Below are positions 52,368-64,000 of a stretch of DNA of 64,000 nt, one piece after another. The stretch covers positions 427,552 to 491,551 of the forward strand of contig MU619237.1 of assembly GCA_025201805.1 (NCBI GenBank), given 5' to 3'. Origin of the DNA: Parasitella parasitica NRRL 2501 (lineage: Eukaryota; Fungi; Mucoromycota). Every line of letters starts with the position of its first letter. Position 1 is the stretch's first letter. Made by a program: the position numbers and the translations under genes. The notes under the pieces were generated by a model. The model ran no database searches. It saw only the letters and a program-made list of their open reading frames with translations, and was not told the origin of the DNA.

Positions 52368-53944
52368 ATGTATAATTTTATGAAAAAGCGAGAGTATGGA
52401 ATGTTGAAGCCTATACGATTGGAGCGAGCAGAGACAACAAAACGAGTGTATAGTTTGCAGCTAAGCAAAACCAAAGAGCTGGCTCTTTCTCATAGAGGTG
52501 TGTTGTGAGAGTGTACAAGGTGCGCTCGCAGCATGAATTGAAAGAAAATGGTTGAAAAGCTAATAAAAAATACTCTAATTATAGGTGGAGTTAATTCGAT
52601 AAAGATTGAGGCTATTGAGCAGAGATAGTGAGTTATGATGTAGCGTTATAGGCCATCAACTAACGCATTAAATAGTCTGTTATCAGGGGGGGGTGACGGG
52701 AAAGTGCATATATTTGATTTACAAGCAGTTCCTGCCCAGCACCTGCGAAATGAACCCATTGCAAGCACAGCAAGGTACCGAGACAAAAGATTGGTAATAA
52801 TAAGCTTCATTAATGTGTATAGAGTGGATCGACATAAATATGCTGTCACCTCTGTCTCCTGGTTCCCTTTTGATACAGGTATGTTTGTCACATCCAGTTA
52901 TGACACAACAATCAAAGTATGGGATACAAATGAGATGAAGGCAAGTTAATTGATCGACAAATGCATGCCTTATTAATTGCCTGGTATCATTGAACACAGC
53001 CAGCATATGAATTTGACATGGAATCAAGAGTCAATTCCCAAGCAATATCACCCATCGCTTCACATTCGCTAGTAGCAAGTAGGTTTTATACATTATTTGT
53101 GTAGCTGATTTGGGCTAATCGCTGCGGTAAGGTGCGGCTTCTGAGCCCAGAATCAGGCTGTGCGACCTAAATAGCGGCGCCTTTACTCATTCCCTGACCG
53201 GCCACTCTGGGTCTGTGTTATCATGTATTTGGTCTTCGAACCACGAATATACTTTATACTCTGGCGGGTAAGTAAATCTGACATACTGAGTAACAGTTCT
53301 TATTTATGTTGATTATTTAGTGATGATCGACAAATCCGGGTTTGGGATATAAGACGAGCAGCATCCTGTTTGATGTCCCTCGATCAGGATAACGCCAGTA
53401 AGATTGTGCACATTTTATTACTGTCATGTAATATAAACAACCCCTTGATTTTCTTTTATTAGACGTACGGGATCCCTTGGCAGAAACCAATTCTGCACAT
53501 GGCAAAGGTGTAAATGGATTGTCAATGACACCAGACGGCCGGTATTTAATATCACTCGGCCTGGATGAAAAGATCCGTTTGTGGGATACAGAGTCGGGAA
53601 AGAACACATTCGTTAATTATGGGTCCAATTGGAGAAATAGACATAAATTGCACATGGAGGCTACTGTTTCAAGTGCGGATGTATGGCCACCGCTCTTGTA
53701 TATACCCAGTGATGATAGACAAGTGCTCGTTTATAGGCTACTTGATGGTGTGCTGGTACAGCGACTAAAAGGCGCTTATGGGAGAGTGATCTGTGTCGAA
53801 AAACGAGACGCCTACCAAGAATTTTATAGTGGATCAAATGGGGGAGAGATTCTGATTTGGGAACCACCAATACAGGGTGACGCTATTAATGAAATTGAAG
53901 ACATGGACCTGGACGCATGGAGTGCGAGTGATCCTGAAGATTGA
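52368..53944 (+). CDS. ERCC8: WD40 DNA excision repair protein CSA/ERCC8 (Rad28/Ckn1)
   Basis: GVNSIKIEAIEQRY-LLSGGGDG, HKYAVTSVSWFPFDTGMFVTSSYD, IRLCDLNSGAFTHSLTGH, WDIRRAASCL, SAHGKGVNGL, IRLWDTESGKNTFVNYG. Confidence 0.93.
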
Positions 53945-54245
53945 TCATGAAAATAAAAATTTGTACTGGCCAGGGGTAACTTTAGTATAAATTGTCTTGC
54001 GGCCCATTCCTAACAAATCCAGTATCGCGCGTGAAAAGCGCCTACATACTCTTGTGTAATTGTGTCACCATGGAGATGGTTAAAGATTTGGGCCCGAGTG
54101 AGTGTACATGAAACACACTATTACACTGTACAAAAAAAGTCAAATGCAAAAAAAAAATATGCTTATAAATAACTACTCTGATGTCTACACATAATCGACT
54201 CTTTTTTCTCTCTTCTTCCCGTGATATTATCATATACAGCTTAAA

Positions 54246-54657
54246 ATGGGTTGTTGCATTTCTCATCCTTGCTTTCAAAAGGTATAGATCATTTCAACAT
54301 TCAGCAATTTGACATGTCATCTCACACTTGTATCAATATATCTAGGAAACTGTCTACGAAGTAACTTTAGATGCTGATGGCGTAGCTCAACGTGTGCCAA
54401 AAGGCCAAGGAACCCACTTTATTCACATTTCTTCCAACAATGAGACCCACCTAGAAGAAAAGGTAACGATAATTTGCTCATAAAAAAAGAAACAATCTAA
54501 CTTGTTTCGACAAATATAGACTGAACAATCGTCTCAAGATGTCAACAAGAACAGCAAATGGCCATCACTCTCAACGCCACCCAACTACAACAAGAAAGTG
54601 GCTCCGGTTAAGAACGAGCAGCAAAAAGATCAAGAAAAAGATGAAGTTTCGTCGTAA
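54246..54657 (+). CDS. Putative 96-aa N-myristoylated/palmitoylated small protein, 3 exons; absent from the ORF track
   Basis: Exons 54246-54281, 54346-54462 and 54520-54657 are joined by phase-0 GT-AG introns: MGCCISHPCFQK-ETVYEVTLDADGVAQRVPKGQGTHFIHISSNNETHLEEK-TEQSSQ...EVSS*. Confidence 0.72.
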
Positions 54658-57059
54658 TTAGACACAACAATATGTCAGAAAAAAGAAGGAATGTTAAAAC
54701 ATTCCTTTTTGTCAAAAAGAAATGATCAAAACTGTTGATTTCATGTAGTTGTATATATATATATTATTCCATTCCTTTATATTTTATCATTCACATTACT
54801 GCTGTAATTTGCTATCCCCCCCCCTTCATCCCTTATTAACTTTTTGTTTGATACTTCAAGTATATGTATTGTCATAAATTCTTATTGATTTGTAATAATT
54901 GATTATATCATATATTAGTTGCTTAAAAACATAAACAAGGAAGGGATTTGTACTATAAACAAATCAACTCTACTTTATTGTACCATCATCTCTTGAGTTT
55001 CATGATATAACCAGTGATACGAATAATGTTGCGTGATGTGTTCTTTTATCATATTACCTATTGGGTCATCTGCATTGTGCAATTTTTTTTTTTTTTTTTT
55101 CGGTTCGAATCTAAATGTTTTTCCAAGAGATGAATGGCGGAAGGCATTTCGGGTCAAGCCCACTCCGGAGAATTGCTTGGGTGCACAAAGAGACGGCCTG
55201 TATTCGTTTTTGTAAGAGGTAACTTAATTTAGAATGCTAGTAAAACCATACATTCTAAACGGATAGAATTAGATGTGCCTGAATTTAGCTCATTTACTCA
55301 AATTGGGTTTTGCTATGTGATTCAACAAAAAAACCTATATATAAATATACTCACTGATCAGTTGAACGACGCTTTCTCATGCTTCCCAGGTAGAATTCTA
55401 TTCAGCCACACTCACTTGAAAGATAATAGTGTAGTTGCATGACAACACTTAAAACGCTGAAAAAATGTTCTCTACATACCAAAATCTCAATTTAGTCAAT
55501 TCATCAAGATAAAATATTAAATTACTATATGTCTCATCATGAACCACTAACAACAATTATCGAGATAAGAAGAAATACTGGTGGGGCTCATCAGGTGGTA
55601 CACACTTTTCACATCAATGCAAAGACTACGTAATTATGTATTTTATTGCTGATGCTATAGCATAGTATGCGAATGGGTATACCTGGAAGACACAAATTTT
55701 TTACTTTACAAGTTAGTTGAGAGGTATCATAACATTCTTTGATTTACATTTAACTAAGAAGGGCAAGATAATAAAATTGATTGTAATATACGGGCTAAAA
55801 TAGATATGTGTTTATCATGATGGTTATCTTGCACACAAGAAAGCAAAGCTAATTCCTCATGTGTTTACAATTAAGTTGCATGCATTTTCAAGCAGCTATG
55901 ATAATACAAAATATTTAATACACCGCAACCTTGGCAAACACCCATCGTATGCTTACGCATTTTTTGCATCCTTCGAGGCTTTCGCGATATCTAATGACCT
56001 TGGTTATTTGATATAGCTTCAAGGATATTTATGTAACCTTGAACAATGGAATTGAGCAGTTGTACATTCTCACAAGTCAGAATCTGCATTCAATGTTATT
56101 GATTCCAGTTTCACTTAATATATTATTATTTCAGATGCCCATTCAGTCGAGCCAGGAGTTGTGTCAAAAATAGGAGACATGTATGTACCCTATCAAACAA
56201 TTTCGATTTTGGGTGAACGTATATTTATAGATTGCCCTCGAGTTTCATCCTTTGCTAATATTACCTTTAGTTCTCTTCCCCACAAATAGTTTCTATAAAT
56301 TTTTTTGCGAGTAATGCTGTCCTTTTACAATATTTTTATGATCGCACTTTTTATCTGAGGATGTACTATTTAATGTAAATACTCCATTTGTTGTACGTTC
56401 AGATGCTCTAGCAGCTATAGCTTTAAATGCATAGCCACCAAATTAAAACTTGTGCAAAACTTATACAAAACGTGTATCCATGAAGGACCATTTATAGCAA
56501 CTTTATCATTGAGTCTATCGAAATTGACCTTGCACTTTTCCAAGTAGCGAACTTAGGTCATCTATCTATTTACAAACTATATTAATGTTCTAACAGTTTT
56601 GCCAATAACATTGATGTACTATCCCATTATTTCCCACCAATAATGACAAACTTTCCATTGTTACAATGTTCGTTGATAAATCTAGACCCTCCCAATCCTC
56701 TGCAGACTGAAGCATAGCTTGGTCTTAGTATATACTATAGTTTCATGATTACTTACAGCTTTCAATTCCTAATAAGAGCACCAGACTCTCAAGTAAATAT
56801 TTGACAAGGTTGATATGAAAGCAATATCCTGCGTTTTTCTAATCAATCGACCACCTTTAGTTTTTTCCTTTTTTCAAGCCAATAAAGACCAAAGCTTTTG
56901 AGCAATGAATCGAATCAAGACGTCCATCACTATAAAATTTGCTAATATAACAACAATAAAAAAAGCATCGATTTTAGATGGTACTGATTTTATTTGCAGC
57001 CATTCAAACGATTTGGAACCTTTGTGCATACGAACGTAAATTGATTGTAGATATATCAT

Positions 57060-57320
57060 AGATGTTACTCTGCCAACAATTTGTTAATTCTATGTATCTC
57101 CCTTTGCTCGAGCCATCACTTCGGATACCCTTGCAAAAGAAATTGATCAGCGTACAAACTTGTTACAATGAGACGAGATGCCTGACTTTTTGTCGCATTT
57201 GTCAAAGCACTGATCACTGCCGAAGAGACTGTCCTGACTATAAAAATGGGTGCAGTGCTACCATTGTAATAAAACTAACCATGTATCCAAGAACTGTGAC
57301 CGTAACAACGTTGAATCTAT
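57060..57320 (+). mobile_element. Retroelement gag/ORF1 relic with two CCHC zinc knuckles (frameshifted)
   Basis: CRICQSTDHCRRDC and, after a frameshift, CYHCNKTNHVSKNC; both fit CX2CX4HX4C. Confidence 0.75.
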
Positions 57321-57579
57321 ATTCCAAGCACTAGAAATTGCTCCTTCAAAGCAGAAGGAACGAAAAAGCGCTAAGTTTCTTCTTGCTAGGAACAAGGCGT
57401 AGCTTTGTTTGGTAATCGTAGCGCTGAAGATTACAGAAAGGCAAGTGGTGACAAGGATCGCATTATAGCAGAGTCTTCTCCACGGCCTAATACAAGCAGG
57501 CTAATGGCAAAGAAGGTGAAGTTACGAAAGTTAAGGCTAACCCTACTGTAGTATTTAATAATGATCCTTTCAAAATTGA

Positions 57580-57760
57580 AAATGCAATCAAATTCATCAA
57601 TCAAATGCGTTTATAAGTACATATACAAGAACATGTTGAAAGGACATGACAGAGCTCAAGTATATATGGGAACAGACAGTGAGGAAAGTGGAGACGAAAT
57701 CAAAAACTTTCTCGATACAAGATACGTTTCTATCTGCAAAGTAAATTGGCGCTGAAGTTC
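57580..57760 (+). mobile_element. Helitron Rep-domain fragment
   Basis: SIKCVYKYIYK..KGHDRA...DEIKNFLDTRYVS...WR resembles the Helitron Rep consensus KYLFKYIYKGHDRA...DEIxxFxDARYVSAxEAxWR. Confidence 0.8.
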
Positions 57761-57929
57761 ATTTCCTGCATATAAAAAATTCGCTAAAACTCATGTCTTG
57801 ATTCTTCATATGAAAAAATCCCCTGATTTATTCCAACAATGATAATAGTCCTGAAGACATGATTAGCTAAGGGCCACCTGAATAAAAATCATGAATTTAA
57901 ATACAATTTGAACAACCCTAATAATCTGG

Positions 57930-58110
57930 AAGTGAGAGCTGCCATTTATACAGGCTTTTGTGAACGGTACACATTTTACAAGAAGAGAAAATCTCGCGTT
58001 TTGAGAATATAAGGATCCTCAGGATTTGGTAGAATCCTTGGTCGTGCTTGAAAAAAACAGTAGTGTCATCAAAAGACATAGAAAAATCCATCTGCGAATC
58101 CTTGTCTACC
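57930..58110 (-). mobile_element. Possible non-LTR (L1-like) reverse transcriptase fragment
   Basis: MSFDDTTVFFKHDQGF resembles a degenerate AYADDTxVF motif; short and weak. Confidence 0.4.
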
Positions 58111-58187
58111 ATACTCCTGATACAACACACATTGGTTAAGTATATAATGCTACCTATTAAATCACAGTAAAGACATTGGGTAATCTT

Positions 58188-59080
58188 TGTTGTATCCATA
58201 TAAAGGCTACATGTGTCACATCTAAGTTAGTTATAATGTAGGGATGATATTAATTGTTGGTAGTTCTTTTACAAACAAGGAATAAGCTACGAGTTGTAAT
58301 TGGATCTCTTACAGGTTCCAGGCTTATTCAAAGAATACATCTAGATCAGATCGCGAGATGCCGGGAAGATATCCTGCCTGATCTGCCATAATTATAGACA
58401 GGAGATCATGGTAATGTACTTCAATTGAAGATTGAAGATTGTCCAATGATGTGATGTGATACGCTTGTGTAAATTGGAGAACAAAGTCTCTGTTTCAAAT
58501 CAAGAAGGTTATTCCTGTAAGTAACACAGATCTGAGCACCAGGATAAAGGTTAAGGCTCTGTCAGATCAAAGACGTGTAGCCCTTGCTGTATAACCTCAT
58601 ATCGTACCCTGTCAAGTAGATTTGTTGTGCCAGTGTCAAAGGGCGCAGCGTAATGTTATGTAAAATATGATTTGTATAAAGTAATAAGACTTTTCTGAAT
58701 AAAACCAGATACAAAACTGAAGACTTTTATTGACATAAGATATGATCTCTATTTATACTAAAATATATCCCAATCAATGTTTATCCACATAACATCTGAT
58801 GTTTGACAAGAAGTGTCAAACCTTATTAAATCACAGCATTTCCAGGACAGACCTATCTTTCTATTTTACATTAAAGAGAATATTGGGTAGGATGTCTTCC
58901 CGACATCCCGCGATCTGATCTAGATGTATTCTTTGAATAAGCCTGAAACCTTGCAAGAGGTCCAATTACAGCTTGTAGCTTATTCCTTATTTGTAAAGGA
59001 ATTACCAACAATTAATATCATGATCCGTGCATTATGACTAAGTTAGATATGACATATGTAGCCTTTATATGGATACAACA
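58188..59080. repeat. ~190-bp imperfect inverted repeat (58188-58379 / 58887-59080); the right arm is part of a solo-LTR-like unit at 58654-59080 (minus strand)
   Basis: Arms start TGTTGTATCCATATAAAGGCTAC and end GTAGCCTTTATATGGATACAACA. The minus-strand unit runs TGTTG...TATAAATA...AATAAA...TAACA. Confidence 0.88.
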
Positions 59081-59084
59081 AGAT

Positions 59085-59250
59085 TGTCACTGTGAATTAG
59101 TCTTGTCAATTAGTAATCTAAATAAGTCACCATAAATTTATGTAGTTGTAAAAAGTATAAATAGCAAATGCAATTTCGATCTTAAATAAAGTATCTTTAA
59201 GTTTTCGTATATCGTTAACATTTGGTTTTTATTATCTTTTTAACCCAACA
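59085..59250 (+). mobile_element. Partial LTR-like sequence
   Basis: TATAAATA (~59156), AATAAA (~59185), a T-rich tract, and the end ...CCCAACA at 59250. Confidence 0.4.
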
Positions 59251-61754
59251 GGTGTGATGTATGATTGACCAATAAACCTGATAAAAAGATTGAAAGTAGA
59301 TGTTGATGAAGATAGAAATTGACAACTACAACATTAATTGGTGTATTGTAGATATAAAAAATTTATGGACTTGTTTATAAGCAAGATCTTTATGAATATA
59401 CCTTTAGGTAACTGAAATGTTTTTAAAGTTTATATCACGAAATTGACATTAAAGTTGCACAATTCCGCGGGTAAACCAATGTACAAATCCTTTTCTATGA
59501 AAACAACAATTGTATTATAGAGATACGACATATTCTATCAAAAGTTATCTGCAAAACCAGTTTTATTTTTCAATATTTATCATAAATATCACATATTTGC
59601 TCATAATCCGTCGCGCAGAGTTGCCAGTGGCAAAAGTTTTTGAAGTTCGGAGTTTTAAAAAATTAAACTCCGCTTTATTAGATTTATATTTTGAAGCTTG
59701 TTAACAATATAAAGAAATTACCGTTTGTTGCTACTATTTGTTAATATGGGAATTAATGATAATACTCACTTTTCTAGGTTTAAGGGATTAAGTATTCCTA
59801 ACTAGAAATATGGTATTGAATCGGTAAAAGGAGCCTACACTGAAATTGACATTTGAATGCTTTCATGACTAAAACGAATTCTTGTAAATGAATAGTGCTT
59901 GGATGCTCTTATGATTTTACCCTCCGTACTCTCATTTGAGCTGATGCGATGTATCAATTCCCAAGTAAAATCAATCCAGAACACTCAAGTCAGGAACATA
60001 TCCCAATGGATCATGTCCCTTATGTATAACTCAACATGACATGTTCATGGACAAAATAGATACATTCTATTGTTCCATTCTCTAAACCACTCAACATGTC
60101 TCAGACTTATATCTTATCTGCAATGGAATGGTATAACTAAAAGCGCATAACTGAAAAAATAAGACTCAAACGTCACGCATAGTTAATCCATGCCATTCGA
60201 GTTCGCATAACATATAAATCAAATCAAATTACAAATACAATTTGACATTATCAATGAATGTCGTGTGAAGGAAAACACTCCTGATCAAAGTGCTTTCCCT
60301 TACACAACAAACATTCAGAATAAGAATAATAATGACAAAGATATCAATTATGGCAGCTCGTCATTCAATGAGTTTTTCCCATCATTCTAGATAAGGATAT
60401 CTTTAACAGAATAACTAAAGTATGACGATAGCCATCCTAACACGGCCAACCAATGTTACGCACATCTCCATCAATGGTGAAAGCATTCAGCATAATTTGC
60501 TTCTCCTTAAAACCTAAAATTAAACAACGACAAATTAACGCATTGACTCTAGGATCAATGCTTCATCCATGAGAACTGATATACAACAATTCAAATCCTA
60601 TAAATACTAAGATGTTTTTCTCTAGATAAAACCTCAGTATACTTTTATAATAAAGAATCCCAAACTTGATTATAATTGTAATTTCATATCGCTTTTATTT
60701 TTACTTTTTTTTTTTATTTCGTAAATCTTTCAAATTTACTGCATTATCCTCCCATCAGTCTACTTAGATTTACTAGTATATAAATCATCCTTTTTTCCAT
60801 GTAATAAACGATATCTTCACCTGATTAATTCACAACCGCTTTATTTGAATAATTTCTTATTTTGATGGATCAGAATGTATCATTGAGGGTATATTTTAAA
60901 AAAGTAAACATCCGATGATTACCTAGAGCGCCCCTCTATAGGGCCATAATGTTATCTACACATTTGGAAATGAATAAAGCATAGATGCTTAAATTGAAGT
61001 GATCGGAAAGAAATTTTGTTCATAATACCATTTTTATGTTTATTTTTGGAGAGGATTTGTGGACCCTGCAGGTCTATGAAGCTTACACTGCGTCTGGCTA
61101 CAAGTTAGCATATAATTTTCCACCTCAAAGCTTTTGTTGTGATTAGTTAATAGTTAACACCTGTTTTGGCGGAAATCTTTGCAATCTACAAAAGTCTTCC
61201 AAAGCTAATTTCAAGTCTTCTAACCCTAGGTGAAGTGTTTTATCAGCAGCAATTTATGTATTTCCATACACCTGTTTTGCAATTGCTGTTAGCCATATCT
61301 TGTACGAAGTCATATTTTTTATTGTGATAGTTTACCGCAACTATATTGAAGACTTCTAGACAAAGCAAGAGCGTTTCCTTGCACAAATCTGTCCAATGTA
61401 GAAGTTAAGCAATTATTGCAGTCCATCAGGATATCTGTAAATTTTTGTCATTTCAAGTTGCACAGCAAATGTTAAATGTGCTTGATGACTCTTGGGTTAT
61501 ATCGTAGTCAAAAATCATGTTTTTGAGTGAAACAAATGTATACCCGATTATTTCTGGGCTGAGGCATCCATGTATACAATAGGATACTTGTGAATCATTA
61601 TTATATTGGGTTATGCACCTTAATTATCAAGCATATAAATTTAACAAAGAGAAAGAAAGTATTTATTGCTGTGCGCATTATATTTACATGTTTGTTTAAC
61701 GGAATGGTCTACTGTATCGATCGTTTATAATTTTTTATTAATACAATGAAAGGA

Positions 61755-63105
61755 TTATTCTTCTTCAAGTTGGACTTCCTCTACTTGAAAGCTATGTGAT
61801 AAACCTTTGTCGTCTACAACACCACTTACTAGCTGATAGGATTTATCATTATTTTTATCTACGATTTGGCCATCAATATAGCTTTCATCTAACGACTTTT
61901 CTTCATTTGCTGTAGGTGGAAGAGCAGAAGCTATTTGGGTTTCTTCCAGTTTCAATATTTGAGACTCTAGAAATTCACGGATAGCAGTGAAGTAACCAGG
62001 CTGCATACATGTATCATTATGCATGCCATTAGGGAACACACACCAGGATTTTTCTGCCCGAGATTCACTCAGTTCATTTAGCTTAACCATGTGAGAGGGT
62101 GGCACTAGTTCATCTTTTGCTCCAGCCAGGAATAAAATGGGTGTCTTGACAATACGTTGTATGCTTTTCTCGCTTGGCCATTGTTGGTGACAGAGAAATG
62201 TAAAGTGCTTTAGGAATGGCATAACACTTGGAATGAGTTTGGGAAGACTTAAAAATGTGTTTTCAATCATGAGTCCAGAGAAAGAATCTTCGTTCCGAGA
62301 GACTAAATCAATTGCCACTGCACCGCCAATAGATTGCCCGTATGCGACAAGAGGTGTGTTTTGCAGAATAGGGTGGTCTCTCACAAAATCAAGCATTGTC
62401 TAATGTCGACAGACGTTAATACATGCGTTGCCGAGAAATTCCCAAAGCAAACCTACTTGGGCATCAATCTTCAAGCCCTTTTCATTAGGCGTACCATCAC
62501 TTTTGCCATATCCTCTATATGACAGCATTACGACGTTACAGTTGAATCTATCGTACAGAATTTTTGCAATTGGCAAACGATGACCCTAACCATTTGTAAA
62601 TATGTTAGCATGGCAATCTTCCCCCTCTTTTTTTTTTTTTTGAAAAACTTTTTTGCACTCCTTACCATGTTTCCAGCATTTGCCTATCAAATCAAGCACC
62701 ATGTTATTTAATTTGTCTTTATTTTTCCCTTAAAACAGCTTCTTACATGAAAGTATAGGATGGTTGGCGATTGCTTTGCTTGTCCTGTGCTTGGTTGCAA
62801 AATAATGTAGCTTTTGAGGTTAACCCCATCTTTTGTTATTAGCGTCTCTTCGGTGTATTCCATGCCAAAATCAGAGGGCGCTGCTACCTTATAAAATGAA
62901 GCATTAGTATGAAGCATATGAGCAAGTAATGATTCTACACATGGCTTACTTCCTGACGTGACCCTTCGGGAAAAGAAGCAGGATATATCAGTTTACACTG
63001 ATACATGTACAAAAGTATAACGCCTGTTATCCCTGTTAAACCAGTAACTGTAATAGCATACGCTAGCCAATTAGGCAAGTGTCCTTTAAGAAAAGATTCA
63101 GGCAT
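61755..63105 (-). CDS. bem46: Bem46/ABHD13 alpha/beta hydrolase
   Basis: YQCKLIYPA, TILYFH-ANAGNM-GHRLPIA, SYRGYGKSDGTPNEKGLKIDAQ, YGQSIGGAVA, IENTFLS, KDELVPPSHM, GMHNDT. Confidence 0.92.
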
Positions 63106-63274
63106 GCTTCTATGAGTGAAAAAATCAAAACCAAAAAAAAAACGTAAGAGAGAGAAACAAAGAAATAATGAATGAATGCAAAAGAACGAAAAAAAAGATA
63201 GAGGGGTGGTGATACAAGAGAAGAAGGAGCACAAAAGTGGTATAGAAAGCTTTTTTATTCGAATGCAGCTGCCA

Positions 63275-64000
63275 TTATTTGAGAATGCTTACAGTGAGCT
63301 CGCTGCCATTATTATCATCAGAATTCAAATCACTGCTCGTTAATCCCTCTAATTTTTGGTAGACTAGTTGCAGAATAGCTTGTTCATCTGCTTCTGGTCG
63401 AATCCGGATTTCTAGTGTTCCGACGCATTTGCCATAGGTTGTTTGCCAGAAATGGACACGATCAACATACAAGATATTAGGGTCCTGCTGGATTTCTCGA
63501 AGTCGGTTTTCAACGCCGTTCTGTACTGTGTTTGGTGTTGTCTGTAGCAATACTTTCGCCAAGGCTTTTGCTGTCGGAAATCCCAGATAAAACATGACAG
63601 CTGATTCAGACATGGCTAGAAATTTGTCAACAAAAGGAGTTGCTATACCAAACATGTATGTCAATAAGATAACTGCTCCGCAGAGGACAATTAGGGAGGA
63701 ATAAATATTTGATAATAATGCATGGACCGGATTTCCTCTAGCTCTGTTTATCACATTGTACGAGAATCCATGCACTGTTGTAGGTCTTCTCCTCAGGTAC
63801 CGCACGAAATTGTCATGATTTCTTAAAGTGATGCTCGACAAACAGGTTGCCGTGATTGCGGTGCCAACTAAAAAGAACATGCCCAAACTAAATTTTAGAT
63901 GGTGCCTTTTTTCGAAAAGATATTTTAGCTTGAGATTCAATTTGTGGATTAATAGCTACTCACTCTTCTTGGTCACGAACTTCTACGCCATGGTGGTCCT
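63275..64000 (-). CDS. Cation diffusion facilitator (Zn transporter, Zrg17/ZnT5-7-like), C-terminal part; truncated by the window end
   Basis: TM helices, then AKVLLQTTP..LREIQQDPNILYVDRVHFWQTTYGKCVGTLEIRI, typical of the CDF C-terminal region. Confidence 0.78.

Noticed and set aside
61000-61570. Possible decayed coding sequence on the minus strand
   Set aside because: Multiple stops and no diagnostic motif.

Overview
Intron-rich, AT-rich eukaryotic DNA, most consistent with a Mucorales fungus (Mucor/Parasitella-like). The evidence is short ~45-70 nt GT-AG introns, fungal-type CreA, Skn7 and Mcm1, a retained AP-4 epsilon subunit, and Mucorales-style TE relics. About 24 protein-coding genes, assembled by eye across introns: ABCC transporter (truncated), IPI1/TEX10, BolA, ribosomal-L1-domain protein, RPB8, VPS2, Cdc25-like/arsenate reductase, CreA/Mig1, RRP43, MFS transporter, an uncharacterised KH-like + triphosphate-tunnel-like protein, SMU1, ORC2, RhoGAP, a 4-TM PY-motif protein, AP-4 epsilon, MCM1/SRF, SKN7, PIG-Y, TFIIE-beta, ATP4, CSA/ERCC8, a 96-aa MGCC-type microprotein, BEM46/ABHD13 and a CDF zinc transporter (truncated). 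Intergenic regions hold a CaMKK-like pseudogene, a Tc1/mariner relic with degenerate inverted repeats, a degenerate Fanzor (eukaryotic TnpB-like) relic, a ~174-bp tandem repeat, a dispersed repeat, and a LINE/Helitron/LTR graveyard with a ~190-bp inverted repeat. The most notable items are the Cet1-like tunnel protein with altered catalytic motifs, the Fanzor relic, the 55-nt TFIIE-beta/PIG-Y spacing, three GC-AG introns and the unannotated acylated microprotein. All family calls come from motif recognition, not database searches. Exon boundaries and TE limits are approximate.
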